DNA from: a virus | Reading direction: 5' to 3' (one strand) | Length of the DNA stretch: 58,801 nt | IMG/VR virus record: IMGVR_UViG_3300028453_000003 | Shown: in pieces, positions 8,432-19,200 of the stretch | How positions within the stretch are numbered: position 1 is the first letter of the stretch | Layout: the number at the start of each line of letters is the position of its first letter | Notes under the pieces: generated by a model | Databases searched by the model: none | Told to the model about the DNA's origin: nothing | Seen by the model: the letters and a program-made list of their open reading frames with translations, nothing else | Program-made: the position numbers and the translations under genes

Positions 8432-11400
8432 TTAAAATTCCTCCCAGTCGATGTCTATTATTTGTCTGTTTGCATTTATGTATTCAAGGAATACTTGTTG
8501 TGGCTTATCCCATTCGTTTGCCTTTTTCATATATGGGGCTAATACTGTTTCATCACTTGCACTAATGTTTCGTAGTGTCAATGGGTTCTGATTAGGTCTT
8601 ATGATACATAAGCCTACTGGGGAGTCCTCATTGTATAGGTTTGCATAGTAGGTTTCATCAAAGGTTATTTGCACCTTGTTTGCATTTCTTATTGATGTGT
8701 CTACATTCCAGTTAGGTTCGCTATCTCCATCGTGGCACATCAGCTTATTCATTATGATTGTTGATTGTGCATTTGTGTTGAAGATGATTATGAAGTCTAT
8801 GTATTTGACTTGGTCTATGCAGTCAAATGTAGCCCTTATTTCAGTAGTGTTGCTGTTTACTGTGAATGTTTGTGAACTTTCCCATATTCCATATTGTAGG
8901 TTGTTGTCAAGGTGGATTGCTCCATTTTCATCGAAGCCTCTTGCTTTGATGGTTATGCTTGTTTCGTTGCCTACATCTATGTTGCCTATGTATAGTGAGA
9001 ATTGGTTGCTTGGTTTCTTTAGGTATTGGCTTGATGATGGGAAGTTTAATGCAAGTTTACCACTAAAGTTTTTGTTGATTGCAAGAGCATTGTCATTATC
9101 AATTACAGTAGTTGTCATTGATGCACTATGTTCCAATGGAATCAAGTTTCCATTACTTGCAACATCATATAATGCGAAGTTGTCTACTCTGATGTTTTCA
9201 CCAATGTGCATTTCTTGTTTGAACTTTTGTATGCTTGTTTGTGGTGCGAATGTACTCATCATAGTGTTATGCTCTTCGATGAATCCCATACTTTGCTCAT
9301 TGTTGATTGTTTCGCAGTAGACTCTATCAACAAGTTTAAGTATTCTTATATCTACATTAGGATGTTTCACTACAATGAATGGTCTGCCACGATAGAACTC
9401 CCAAGTTGTGCCACCGAATGATACCTTTGCATAGTCATCATTATATTCATTCAATTGCAGTTTTAAGTTCTCTGATAATTTCAAGATGTTAGCACTATAC
9501 CAACTGTCAGTAGCATCATCATATCTGCTTATGACTATGTAACCACTTCTTCGGTGGAACTCTGCACGAACAAGGTCATTTCCAATATATACTGGTGAAT
9601 ACTGGTTCTCTAATGAAAAGAGGCTTATTCCAGTTTCTGTATAACATTCTACACCACCTTTGTACTGTATATATGGATTGCACATATATTGGGGCTTCTG
9701 CATTACCTTGCCCAGTTCATCGCTAATTTGATACAATGGCTTGACATAGTACAGAGTTCCCTCATCAGATTTCCTTGTGAATACTGTCTTTGCATTAGGA
9801 ACTGGAGTAGGCGAACATAACAACTCACTATATTCAAGAGTAGACTCTGATGTGCTTACATCTTCATAAAGCCTTGCTTGTATTTCACCAGTCAGTTTGT
9901 TGAGTCTGTCATATCTTGCATTGTTGTAGGTTATTCCGATTTCCAAATCCCAGTCAATGTCCTTTGGCAATGGAACATTATTCAATAAGACTAATCCACC
10001 ACCTACTGCTCCTTGTGGTAGCATACCATAATCCACGAAATTAAGATGATCCTCACGAAGTTCCAAATGCCAGTTACTACCGAATACAGTACCATCATAT
10101 TCGCTTACGATTGGAGTGATGTCAGAAACCACATAAGGCTCAAGTTTGAAGTCAGATAAGATGATTTCGTTATCTGTTTCATCTTGGTATATTCCAAATG
10201 TGTTCCATCTGATTAGGTCTGTCTTGTAGATGATGTTTTCATCTATATTGATTGCAACTGTGTTTCCATTCCTTTGTATTCTTACTTTGTTTATTAATGG
10301 GGATTGTTTGAATGGAGATTCTGCGAAGATTAGTTCATCTATTATTGTGCCATCATTGTATAATGTTGCTTTTTGTGGTGATATGAATAATCCATCAAGT
10401 GTTTCAAGTGTTGGGTCTGCTCCTATGATAATAGTTGGGTTGTTTCCAGTTATGATTTCGTTAAATGATAGGACATAGTAGTTTGTGTTGGTAAATTCTA
10501 ATGCCATAATGGAGTGGATGTCATCATCAGTTGTTGCAGTAGTTATTGTGTCATCCACGAATGTTGGAGTGTCAGTTCCCAAATGAACATAATTCTCCGA
10601 TTGAGCAATGATAGGTGATAATGGGGGGTTGTTCTGACTTTTAGTAGTTATCTCTGCATTACTATAGTAATTTGCTCCTTGATATTCTTCGGTGTCTTTC
10701 CCAACTATGTTGATTAACCATCTTCCCAGTCCTAACTCAAATTCATTATGTGATGAAGTAACATTATCAACAAGGTAAGAATAAAAATAAAACTCTTCCA
10801 AAGTATCCCTATTCAATAATTTCATTATATAATATTCATTCACTTTAGTATGAATACTTGCATTAGGGTTTGATACAAGCACATCAATGTTTTGATATGT
10901 CTGTTCATTATAACCAAAGCCAGTCTGTGTTAATGTGGCACTACTTTTTGTACTAGTTTCTAAAGTAGGGGCGAAATTATATATAGTTAATGAACTTAAA
11001 TAATCCCCACCATTTAATGCAAGTAGCCAATTAGAACCAGTTCCCTCTTCTACTATCAAATCATATTCCACTATTGTTTTTCGTGTTCCATCATCTTTCA
11101 ATTCATATCGTGGAGTAGTAGTTTTACCACTAGTACCAAGAAACAGTATTATTTCTTCAAAAGGTAATTCAAAATCAAAATCCACTTTCAAATGTGCAAG
11201 ATTTCCAAGAACATTATCAGAAAGAGTATGAGTTATAACCCTAGATGCTCCTTGAGATTCAATCCAATCGGCAAAGTTTTTCCTAGTATTTGTTGTATTA
11301 TTATATGTGAAAGTTCTGCAAAATGGGTAAGTATTAGGAAAACCACTTACACTATCATTGCCTTGCCCATCAAAACATATAGTAATTTTGTATTCATTAA

Positions 11401-12223
11401 TTGCCATTGAATCCAAATAGAACCAACCTTGATTACTATACCTATCCTTATTCTCCCTATTTATAATTGGGTTTTCAAGGAAAACCCTATCTTCATTAGC
11501 CAATTTTCCCCAACTACCATTTCCAATCCTATATTGCACTTGGAGAATTCCATTAACACTTGCTAAACGAAACTCAATACTGTTTCTTGGGTCAACATCT
11601 TCAAAGGTTACAATGTCTGCATTAAAGGTTGGTTTAAATCTTGTACAACCATAATATTGTGTTGTAATCTGCACATTCTCATCATAAGAAAGGAAAGGAA
11701 CTTTTATAAGACCATCATTATCTGTTTTCATAACAAAATCCATATAAGTAACTGGTTCTTCAACACCAGTTTGTTCAACTTTAATGCTAATTGGTTCGTT
11801 AATGATTGGTCTATTATAAATATCTTTTAAATAGATAGTATAATAAGTTCCATCCATACTATTTTCATCAATGTTAATGACAAGGTTCTCTGAAGTGATG
11901 TAACTATCCAATCTTTCAAACTTCTCAATAATGATTTCCTTTGTAACCACTTGTGGCTTATACTGTTCATTCCCTTGGAAATGAACATCCACGAACCAAG
12001 CATCCCCACTTAAATAGATAGGAACACTTGCAACACCATACTCATTAGTAGTAGCAGTTCTTTCAAAAGTATAATCATTATTGTAGAAAGCGACAGTTAT
12101 TGGAACACCACTTAAAGGAGCATCATCAGAAGAAGTTACAATCACATTATAATCCTTTGCCTTTTCACCTTGCATTATTGTAATATCATCTGCTTGAATC
12201 TTCAAATCTTCCTTACTGGACAT
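8432..12223 (-). CDS. Large tail-tip / adhesin-like structural protein
   Basis: 1263 aa. The N-terminal carboxypeptidase-regulatory-like beta-sandwich (PLSGVPITVAF..TTNEYGVASVPI) resembles the C-terminus of the upstream gene. Confidence 0.55.
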   Translation of the reverse strand: MSSKEDLKIQADDITIMQGEKAKDYNVIVTSSDDAPLSGVPITVAFYNNDYTFERTATTNEYGVASVPIYLSGDAWFVDVHFQGNEQYKPQVVTKEIIIEKFERLDSYITSENLVINIDENSMDGTYYTIYLKDIYNRPIINEPISIKVEQTGVEEPVTYMDFVMKTDNDGLIKVPFLSYDENVQITTQYYGCTRFKPTFNADIVTFEDVDPRNSIEFRLASVNGILQVQYRIGNGSWGKLANEDRVFLENPIINRENKDRYSNQGWFYLDSMAINEYKITICFDGQGNDSVSGFPNTYPFCRTFTYNNTTNTRKNFADWIESQGASRVITHTLSDNVLGNLAHLKVDFDFELPFEEIILFLGTSGKTTTPRYELKDDGTRKTIVEYDLIVEEGTGSNWLLALNGGDYLSSLTIYNFAPTLETSTKSSATLTQTGFGYNEQTYQNIDVLVSNPNASIHTKVNEYYIMKLLNRDTLEEFYFYSYLVDNVTSSHNEFELGLGRWLINIVGKDTEEYQGANYYSNAEITTKSQNNPPLSPIIAQSENYVHLGTDTPTFVDDTITTATTDDDIHSIMALEFTNTNYYVLSFNEIITGNNPTIIIGADPTLETLDGLFISPQKATLYNDGTIIDELIFAESPFKQSPLINKVRIQRNGNTVAINIDENIIYKTDLIRWNTFGIYQDETDNEIILSDFKLEPYVVSDITPIVSEYDGTVFGSNWHLELREDHLNFVDYGMLPQGAVGGGLVLLNNVPLPKDIDWDLEIGITYNNARYDRLNKLTGEIQARLYEDVSTSESTLEYSELLCSPTPVPNAKTVFTRKSDEGTLYYVKPLYQISDELGKVMQKPQYMCNPYIQYKGGVECYTETGISLFSLENQYSPVYIGNDLVRAEFHRRSGYIVISRYDDATDSWYSANILKLSENLKLQLNEYNDDYAKVSFGGTTWEFYRGRPFIVVKHPNVDIRILKLVDRVYCETINNEQSMGFIEEHNTMMSTFAPQTSIQKFKQEMHIGENIRVDNFALYDVASNGNLIPLEHSASMTTTVIDNDNALAINKNFSGKLALNFPSSSQYLKKPSNQFSLYIGNIDVGNETSITIKARGFDENGAIHLDNNLQYGIWESSQTFTVNSNTTEIRATFDCIDQVKYIDFIIIFNTNAQSTIIMNKLMCHDGDSEPNWNVDTSIRNANKVQITFDETYYANLYNEDSPVGLCIIRPNQNPLTLRNISASDETVLAPYMKKANEWDKPQQVFLEYINANRQIIDIDWEEF

Positions 12224-15098
12224 TCACATTCACCACCTCTTCCATCTGTACTGGTTGATACACTATACCACCATCAACAAAACCTTTCAGACTAACCCTC
12301 AAAGTCAAACTACCATTAACCCAATCAATAGGTACACTTGCCCTACCATTCTCATCAGTCAAAACAGTCCTCTCATAACCATAATCACCAGTAGCAGACT
12401 TAAAACTATAATGCAACATAAAACCCTCAACTGGATTATCATCATCAAGCAAAGTAACAACATAAGGATAACCAAGTTCCAAAACAGTTACATTGCTTGG
12501 ATATTCAAATCTCAACTCCTTATAATCAAAGTTCACATTCAAACTTGTGGAATAACTACAACCTCTATAATTTTCAGTTTCATTATAAGTCAAGGACAAG
12601 GTATAATCTCCATTACCCCAATTCACTTTAAACAATACTCTACCATAAATGTCAGTCATAACATTAAAACTATTACTGAAACCATCATCACCTTGTACTC
12701 TAACATTAACAACTTGACTTGAGATTCCCTTATTATCCTTATCTAACAAAAATATTTCAAAAGTATCATTCAAAGTATCAAGGATAGTGGTTTCCATAGT
12801 GTTGAAGTGGGTTGCAGTTTTCCAGTCCTCTATGATTGGTGAGAAGTTGTCATATCCTAACCCTATCTTGTCGAAGTTCAATGTTTCGTAAGCATTACCA
12901 TTCTTATATGTACTGGTTACATCTGCACTATTAACTGCAACTGCATTATCAAAATCATAATGCTTGAAATTATTATAACTATGCTCAAACAATGGTTCGC
13001 CATTATCCTTATTCAACAATCTCAAACTCATCTCCCAGTTACCATCAAAATCTTCAGAGTACAATGTTGGAGTATGGTTTCTGAAGATAATATCCCAATT
13101 TGAGTATTTATTGACATCAGTAACATTATTCAATGTGAAACTTGATGGTGCATCCAGTTCGTAACTGCCTACCATATCACCATTGACATCTTCCAATGAT
13201 GTGAAGTTCTGCCAATAAGATGGTCTGAAAATGTCAAGAATATCATCAGTATAATCGTGTACCAAAGCAAGATAATGTTTTATTGCATTAGATGTAATCT
13301 TACCAGTTTCCACAATACCGAATTTAGTCAGTAACTTATGAGTTAAGTATTTGACACCAACATCACATTCATAATACAAATCATTAATCTTCTTAATATT
13401 AATAACCTCATAAATCTCTGCCCAACCACGATGGTTCAATGGATCACCATCAGCTCTTTGTGGAATAGTGTCAATCGGAATTGGCTTATCCATTTCACAA
13501 AGACCTTGCAATGTAGCGACATCTTGCCAACTCATACGAAGAGTCATCTTTATATCTTCAGAGTAATCTCCTTTTTTACCATAGTAAGCACGATTGAGAT
13601 ACCTATTTTCAATAAGACTATTCTTGCTATCGGCAGTAACATCTGCCTTATGACACCTTGACAATGGTATTACACCAATATAAGCAATCATCTTCTCAAT
13701 GTCAATGCTCATAGTGTCCTTTTTCTCATCAAAGTAATTATGCTTACTTGCCTTTGCCCTAACAGTCCAAACTTGTGGAGAGCCAACATTAACACTATTA
13801 TGCACATACCTTTTATCCCTACTCAAAGCAGATGAACCAACAACAATCATACCTCTTGGCTCAAGAATATGAATCAAGCCATCATAATCCTTACCACTAT
13901 CATTAGAATAAGTGGTTACAGTATAATCATCCTCTCCACCAACATTATGGAAAGGTATCCTTATATGAGCCTCAAAATTGCTCATCACATCATCAACTTT
14001 CAAGCAGATACGATTGTCAGAACTTATGCCCTCTGTAATGAATGAGTCCACATTAACATTCATTCCCAAGTCAATCATACTGGTCTTTAATGGGTATTCC
14101 ACTTGTAATCCTTGTGGGATTGTAATGTCATAACAATGCACCTCTTCACCATTGTAGACTCCATAAATGTTCACATCAAAATAACCATCTTCAAAAGCAA
14201 AACATTGCCCATAAGTGTAAGTTATCAACTCACCACTTGGAGATGGGTAATACTGCTCAACATTCACTATACTCTCAACTTGCTTGTTTACTGCATAATC
14301 CCCATCGTTAGTTGCAACAAGACTATACTGCCCAATATAACTGAACTTCAACCTTAACTGCAATACATCAGACTTGCCACTACCTAAAGTGAAAGTCCAT
14401 CTCTTTGTCGATGGGTCAAAAGCACCAGTCTTATTGCTACTTAAGATAGTTACACCAGTAGGCAACTTGATAGTTGTTTGCCCAGTTCCACCATCACCAG
14501 TATTCTTAGCAGTAATCCTCCAAATGAATTCATCATTATTAGTAATGGTAGCAATTGGTGGCTCTGCAAAGATAGTAAACTTCGGTTTCAATGGCAAATA
14601 ATTAATGCTCAACCTTGCCCTATTTATACTAATTTCACTTGCCTCTGTGGATTTAGTCTTATCCCAAACCACCTTAACAATAAGGCTCTTGAGTTGGTCT
14701 ACTGTCAAATCACCAAGTTTGAATTGCAAAGTATGATTATCATACTCAAGCAAATTTTCTAACTTGGTGAATGATGTGATTTCACGAATGAAAGTGTTAT
14801 TTCCCTTAACACCACTATAAATCCTAATCTTCGGAAAGTTGTTCTTATTCAAGTTGTACTTACGAAATACGATAGTCCAGTAGACATTGCCAACCTTATA
14901 CTTACTTGGGTCAATCTTATTATACTTGTAAATGTAGCAAAGGTCTTTAGGCTTATATTCAGTAGCAGAGTTTTTACCTTGTGGATGAACATAAGCACCA
15001 TAACCCTCACCAGTCCTTGCATAAACAAGATTTTCCCATTTAGCACCAGTACCTTGCTCATACAAGTCATTACAATTATATAAAGTTTCGTGAACCAT
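12213..15098 (-). CDS. Large tail-tip / adhesin-like structural protein with DUF11-like repeat
   Basis: TAKNTGDGGTGQTTIKLPTGVTILSSNKTGAFDPSTKRWTF resembles DUF11/CARDB repeats of archaeal surface proteins. Two carboxypeptidase-regulatory-like domains at the C-terminus. Confidence 0.55.
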   Translation of the reverse strand: MVHETLYNCNDLYEQGTGAKWENLVYARTGEGYGAYVHPQGKNSATEYKPKDLCYIYKYNKIDPSKYKVGNVYWTIVFRKYNLNKNNFPKIRIYSGVKGNNTFIREITSFTKLENLLEYDNHTLQFKLGDLTVDQLKSLIVKVVWDKTKSTEASEISINRARLSINYLPLKPKFTIFAEPPIATITNNDEFIWRITAKNTGDGGTGQTTIKLPTGVTILSSNKTGAFDPSTKRWTFTLGSGKSDVLQLRLKFSYIGQYSLVATNDGDYAVNKQVESIVNVEQYYPSPSGELITYTYGQCFAFEDGYFDVNIYGVYNGEEVHCYDITIPQGLQVEYPLKTSMIDLGMNVNVDSFITEGISSDNRICLKVDDVMSNFEAHIRIPFHNVGGEDDYTVTTYSNDSGKDYDGLIHILEPRGMIVVGSSALSRDKRYVHNSVNVGSPQVWTVRAKASKHNYFDEKKDTMSIDIEKMIAYIGVIPLSRCHKADVTADSKNSLIENRYLNRAYYGKKGDYSEDIKMTLRMSWQDVATLQGLCEMDKPIPIDTIPQRADGDPLNHRGWAEIYEVINIKKINDLYYECDVGVKYLTHKLLTKFGIVETGKITSNAIKHYLALVHDYTDDILDIFRPSYWQNFTSLEDVNGDMVGSYELDAPSSFTLNNVTDVNKYSNWDIIFRNHTPTLYSEDFDGNWEMSLRLLNKDNGEPLFEHSYNNFKHYDFDNAVAVNSADVTSTYKNGNAYETLNFDKIGLGYDNFSPIIEDWKTATHFNTMETTILDTLNDTFEIFLLDKDNKGISSQVVNVRVQGDDGFSNSFNVMTDIYGRVLFKVNWGNGDYTLSLTYNETENYRGCSYSTSLNVNFDYKELRFEYPSNVTVLELGYPYVVTLLDDDNPVEGFMLHYSFKSATGDYGYERTVLTDENGRASVPIDWVNGSLTLRVSLKGFVDGGIVYQPVQMEEVVNVNVQ

Positions 15099-15655
15099 CA
15101 GTTACCACCATAAGCACAATAACCAACTCCCATCACCAAACCATCAAAAGGAACATTGATAAAATCCCTTACATTAATCGGCGAAGCGATTCTACTGTAA
15201 GCCATAACGAAGTCCAAATCACCATTCTTGGTTTCTCTCTTGACAAGGAAAATACCCTCAAGATAAGTTATTTGACTATCACCAAGTTGGATTTGTATAT
15301 CGGTTGCTCCACCATCCAAGTTGATAGTGAAACCACCATCCCAGTCTTGTATAGGGTTGCATTTGAGTTTGAAGTTAGGCACTTGCAAGTCTGCACTAAT
15401 GTTACTATAAACTTCTTGCAAATCAATAATGCTTAATCCTTGAGTATCCCTTATCAAACAACCAGTATTATTATCAATGCAATCTTCCATATTAGATGGA
15501 ACACTTTCGCAGAGAATGAAAGTGTAATCTCCACCCTCATCAGTGTTGTCATCGCCAAAGATGTCATTCATATTTTCCAAGTCAAATTGCTTATTCACGA
15601 ATCTCCAAAAATGTTTCGCTTTTCTGAAAACAAAAGTGTATTCCTCATTAGCCAT
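15098..15655 (-). CDS. Distal tail protein candidate (paralog of 15658-16215)
   Basis: 185 aa. Shares the TF.FRK..F...NKQ and ECID.N.GCL blocks with its equally sized neighbour. Lies just downstream of the tape measure gene. Confidence 0.4.
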   Translation of the reverse strand: MANEEYTFVFRKAKHFWRFVNKQFDLENMNDIFGDDNTDEGGDYTFILCESVPSNMEDCIDNNTGCLIRDTQGLSIIDLQEVYSNISADLQVPNFKLKCNPIQDWDGGFTINLDGGATDIQIQLGDSQITYLEGIFLVKRETKNGDLDFVMAYSRIASPINVRDFINVPFDGLVMGVGYCAYGGN

Positions 15656-15657
15656 AC

Positions 15658-16215
15658 TTATTGCACCTCACAAGTATCTTGACCTACAAAACTTGATCCT
15701 TTCATAAGTGTCAAATAATTCTGACATCTGACTTCAGTTAGTTGCCTTGCATAAGCGACAATGTAATCGTTACCAGTATCTGCACCAGTAACCTTTGCCA
15801 ATGCTATCGCTTTAATGTAAAACACTTCATCTTCTGCAAATTCAATGTTCACATCTTTCTGTGTATGTTCTTCGGCAGTTCCACCAGTTTCCCATTCATC
15901 AAGGAATAGGTTGAAACCACTTTCGCCATTGTCAAACCATTCTACTCCAAGATGGAATTGCACATCTGTATAAGTTGATGCACTTGGCTCTATCTTTATC
16001 ATACTTGTTGGTGCATCGTTTGTTTTTAAGCATCCATTTTCATCTATACATTCGTTGAAGTCTAATGGTGCAGAAGAGAATAGTAAGAGATGATAAAGTG
16101 AATCATCGTTCAAACTATCTCTGTCTTGTATCACCATTTGTTTGTTTAAGTGTTTGTAGAACCCATTGGGTTTTCTGAAAGTGAAACTTGTTTCGTAATC
16201 GTATTCACTTGTCAT
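15658..16215 (-). CDS. Distal tail protein candidate (paralog of 15098-15655)
   Basis: 185 aa, tandem duplicate of the downstream gene. Confidence 0.4.
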   Translation of the reverse strand: MTSEYDYETSFTFRKPNGFYKHLNKQMVIQDRDSLNDDSLYHLLLFSSAPLDFNECIDENGCLKTNDAPTSMIKIEPSASTYTDVQFHLGVEWFDNGESGFNLFLDEWETGGTAEEHTQKDVNIEFAEDEVFYIKAIALAKVTGADTGNDYIVAYARQLTEVRCQNYLTLMKGSSFVGQDTCEVQ

Positions 16216-16231
16216 CGTTTATCATCTCCAT

Positions 16232-19200
16232 TTAATATCCTATTGCTCCATTTGGTGAGTTGTATTCTATCATTGCTTTGTCTACTGATTGTCTTATTCT
16301 TGCATCTAAATCTTGAACTCCTATGATAGTGGAGTTTGACATATCAATATTTACAGTTGGGGCAAATATTTTTGGGGTTTGTTGATTAACCTTGTCATTT
16401 GCTTGAACATTCTTTGCATTTGCTTGAAGTTGCTCATTACTTACTCCTTTTTGGGCAAGTACACCTACATCAGTTCGTAGATTTTGGTAGGAATTGTAAC
16501 CATTAGTCAATGCCCTACCTAATGCTTGACCACCCTTGTACATCATTTGTTTTCCACTATCAAGGGCTAACATTGAATATTCCATCTCTTTGGCGATTGT
16601 ACGAGCGATATTTGCTGGAGAACCCACATTTAAACCCCCACTTGACTCAAAACCATCAGAGAGTTGTTTTCCTAATGCTTGACCTTTATAATAAAAATCA
16701 TCTTTCCTATTATCCAACTCTTGAAGTGCATAATCCATCTCCTTAACAACAATAGACTTCAAGGATGGTTTGTGATTCTTGAAACCATCAACCATTTTCT
16801 GACCTAATGTTTTACCACCATTGTTAAAGGTAGCATACCTTGATTGTATCTCACTAACACCTTTCGCAAGTACACTAACAACTGCACTACCAAAACTTGC
16901 ACTACCAGTCCTAAAACCAGTAGGCAAAGCATTACCTAACCTTGTACTTGCACTCTGAACCCTTGCACTTGCACTACTAATAGTAGTGATAAACAAGTTA
17001 AGTTTCACTTTCAATTGAGCAATAGCATTAGCAGTCTGTTGAATAGCAGTAGTATTGCCACCATTTCCAGTAGACAATCCACCAAGTTTAGTGGCAAAGT
17101 CCATAACATCCTTAACATCATTATACAACTGGTCTAACTTACTCTTCAAGCCCATACCAATTGCACCACTAATAGAACCACCTAATGCCCCACCAATATT
17201 GCCTAAAGCATCAGATGTACCCATTGCATTATTCAACTTTTGAATAGCAGTAAACAATGGTGGCAATTGAGTAGCAACTGTTGTAATGGCAGTTATCTTT
17301 TCAGTTTTAAGAGTTTCAGAGAAATCCAAATCATTGAAATCAGAGATGAATGTTTGTATTGTCGGCAAAATGTCTTGCACAAGAGTAGTCAATCCATCCT
17401 TACCACCACTTAACAAACGATTTCCCCATTCAACAAGTTGAACTCCAAATATAGTAAGGTCTACAACTAACAAGTAAGGAATTGCTTGTGCCAATACTTG
17501 CAATACATTGCCTATCAGTTTGATGGTTTCTGCACCTTGATTAATGTTCTCTTCACCTAAAGCACTTGCACTTGCACCTAATAATGCTATCGCTCCAAGT
17601 GGAACTATCAACATTGTAATCGCTTCTGCAACAAGTAACAAGGTTGTAGCAATACCCACTACCATAGGAATAGCAACCACATCGGCAGTTAAACCAAGAA
17701 TACCACTTATCGCAACGAAACCAACAATAAACCAAGCAATAGTATCATCACTTGCAATATAATTAAGAGCATCTGCAAACATATGGATAGTGGCAATTCC
17801 ACTCTCAATATTCTCTTGTTGCCAATTCTGAACTGCACCAATACTTGCAATAGCCAACAATGGTAAGTTAAGCAAGACAATCGCTTCGGCTATTAAACCC
17901 ATAGCAATAGCCATACCAGTAGCCAACTTAACTGCACCTTTACCTATGCTTTCCATTGCAGAGTCTGGAACTTTACCAAGAGCATAACTGAAAACAAGCA
18001 TTGCTCCACCAAGCAAGGCAAACCATATACCAAATTCCTTGATGAACTCAATACCACTATTGAACTGTGGTTTTAAAGACTCATAAGTGTAACCAATAGC
18101 ACTAATCAAGAGTATTGCCTCTTCAATCAAAGCCCAAGCCATAGCCAAAGCAACTGCAAACTCAACAAAAACCCTTGCCATCTTACCAAGATTCTTACCA
18201 AGTTTACCCCATTCAGACTTAAAGTTTTCCTTAAAACCACCAGTATTCATAGTCTTGCCAACATCACCAGTTCCCTCTGCGATGCCACCACCAACATCCT
18301 TAAGTTTACCAAACATACCAAGCAAAGGCTTCGCAATCTTATAAACACCATAAGCAGTAATACCAAAAGTAATCATCCAAGAAACCCAATCCTCCAAGAA
18401 ATTACCAAATTGAGTAGCCTTACCATCCTTATCAATCAAACCAATAGCCTTTGCAAATTCAGTAATCTTCGGTGTAACCCAACCGATACCTTTTTCCAAT
18501 GCTTCAAGCATAGTTACGAAGTTACCCAAAACATCAGTAATCAATGGTTCGATTACACCAAATGCTCTTGCAAGATCAATGGATAATTTAACTTCCAAAG
18601 TGGTGATTGCATCACTTAAATTAGTTATGTCTTTAGCAGTCTTGTCATAACCTCTCTCTTGAGCGATTTGGAGCAATGCTTTCAACATACCCTCTTTATC
18701 AGATTGTTCACCACTCCATAATCCAGTTGCTTTAAGTTCTTCTGCACCGATACCGACTTCTTTTAACCTACGAAGTTCACCATCAAGTGCATCGTTAATA
18801 GCGAGTATACTGTCCTCTTGGCTTCTGCCTTGTTTCACGAACTCTGAACCATAAATAGCCATTACTTCAGTCAAGTCGCCAAGACTTTGTTGTTGCACTT
18901 TATATTTTGTTGCAGTTTCCAAAGCATTAGCACCAACAACAGTCATATCAAGTTTTTTGTACTGCTTCTGCATCCCATTTAATTGGTTGGTGAAGTCTTG
19001 AGTTGCTTTTGCATTCATACCCATTCTTTTTGCAAAGTAGTCTTTTTGGGATTCTGCATTAATATGGCTCATAGTTTTATCGTAGACATCCATCAATTCG
19101 TTGAATCCCCACATTGTTAATGCCATTGAACCGATTCTTCTTGGCAAGTAACCCATCTTATCCAAATCATTGACCTTTGTAGCATTTCGTTGCCTAACTG

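Noticed and set aside
8676-9320. Long plus-strand ORFs antisense to structural and early genes (for example 8676-9320, 12255-12722, 29555-30010, 40201-40905, 25631-26026)
   Set aside because: They lie entirely inside longer minus-strand genes that have recognisable domains. They lack RBS contexts and translate to low-complexity Leu/Ile/Phe/Ser-rich strings typical of shadow frames in AT-rich DNA.
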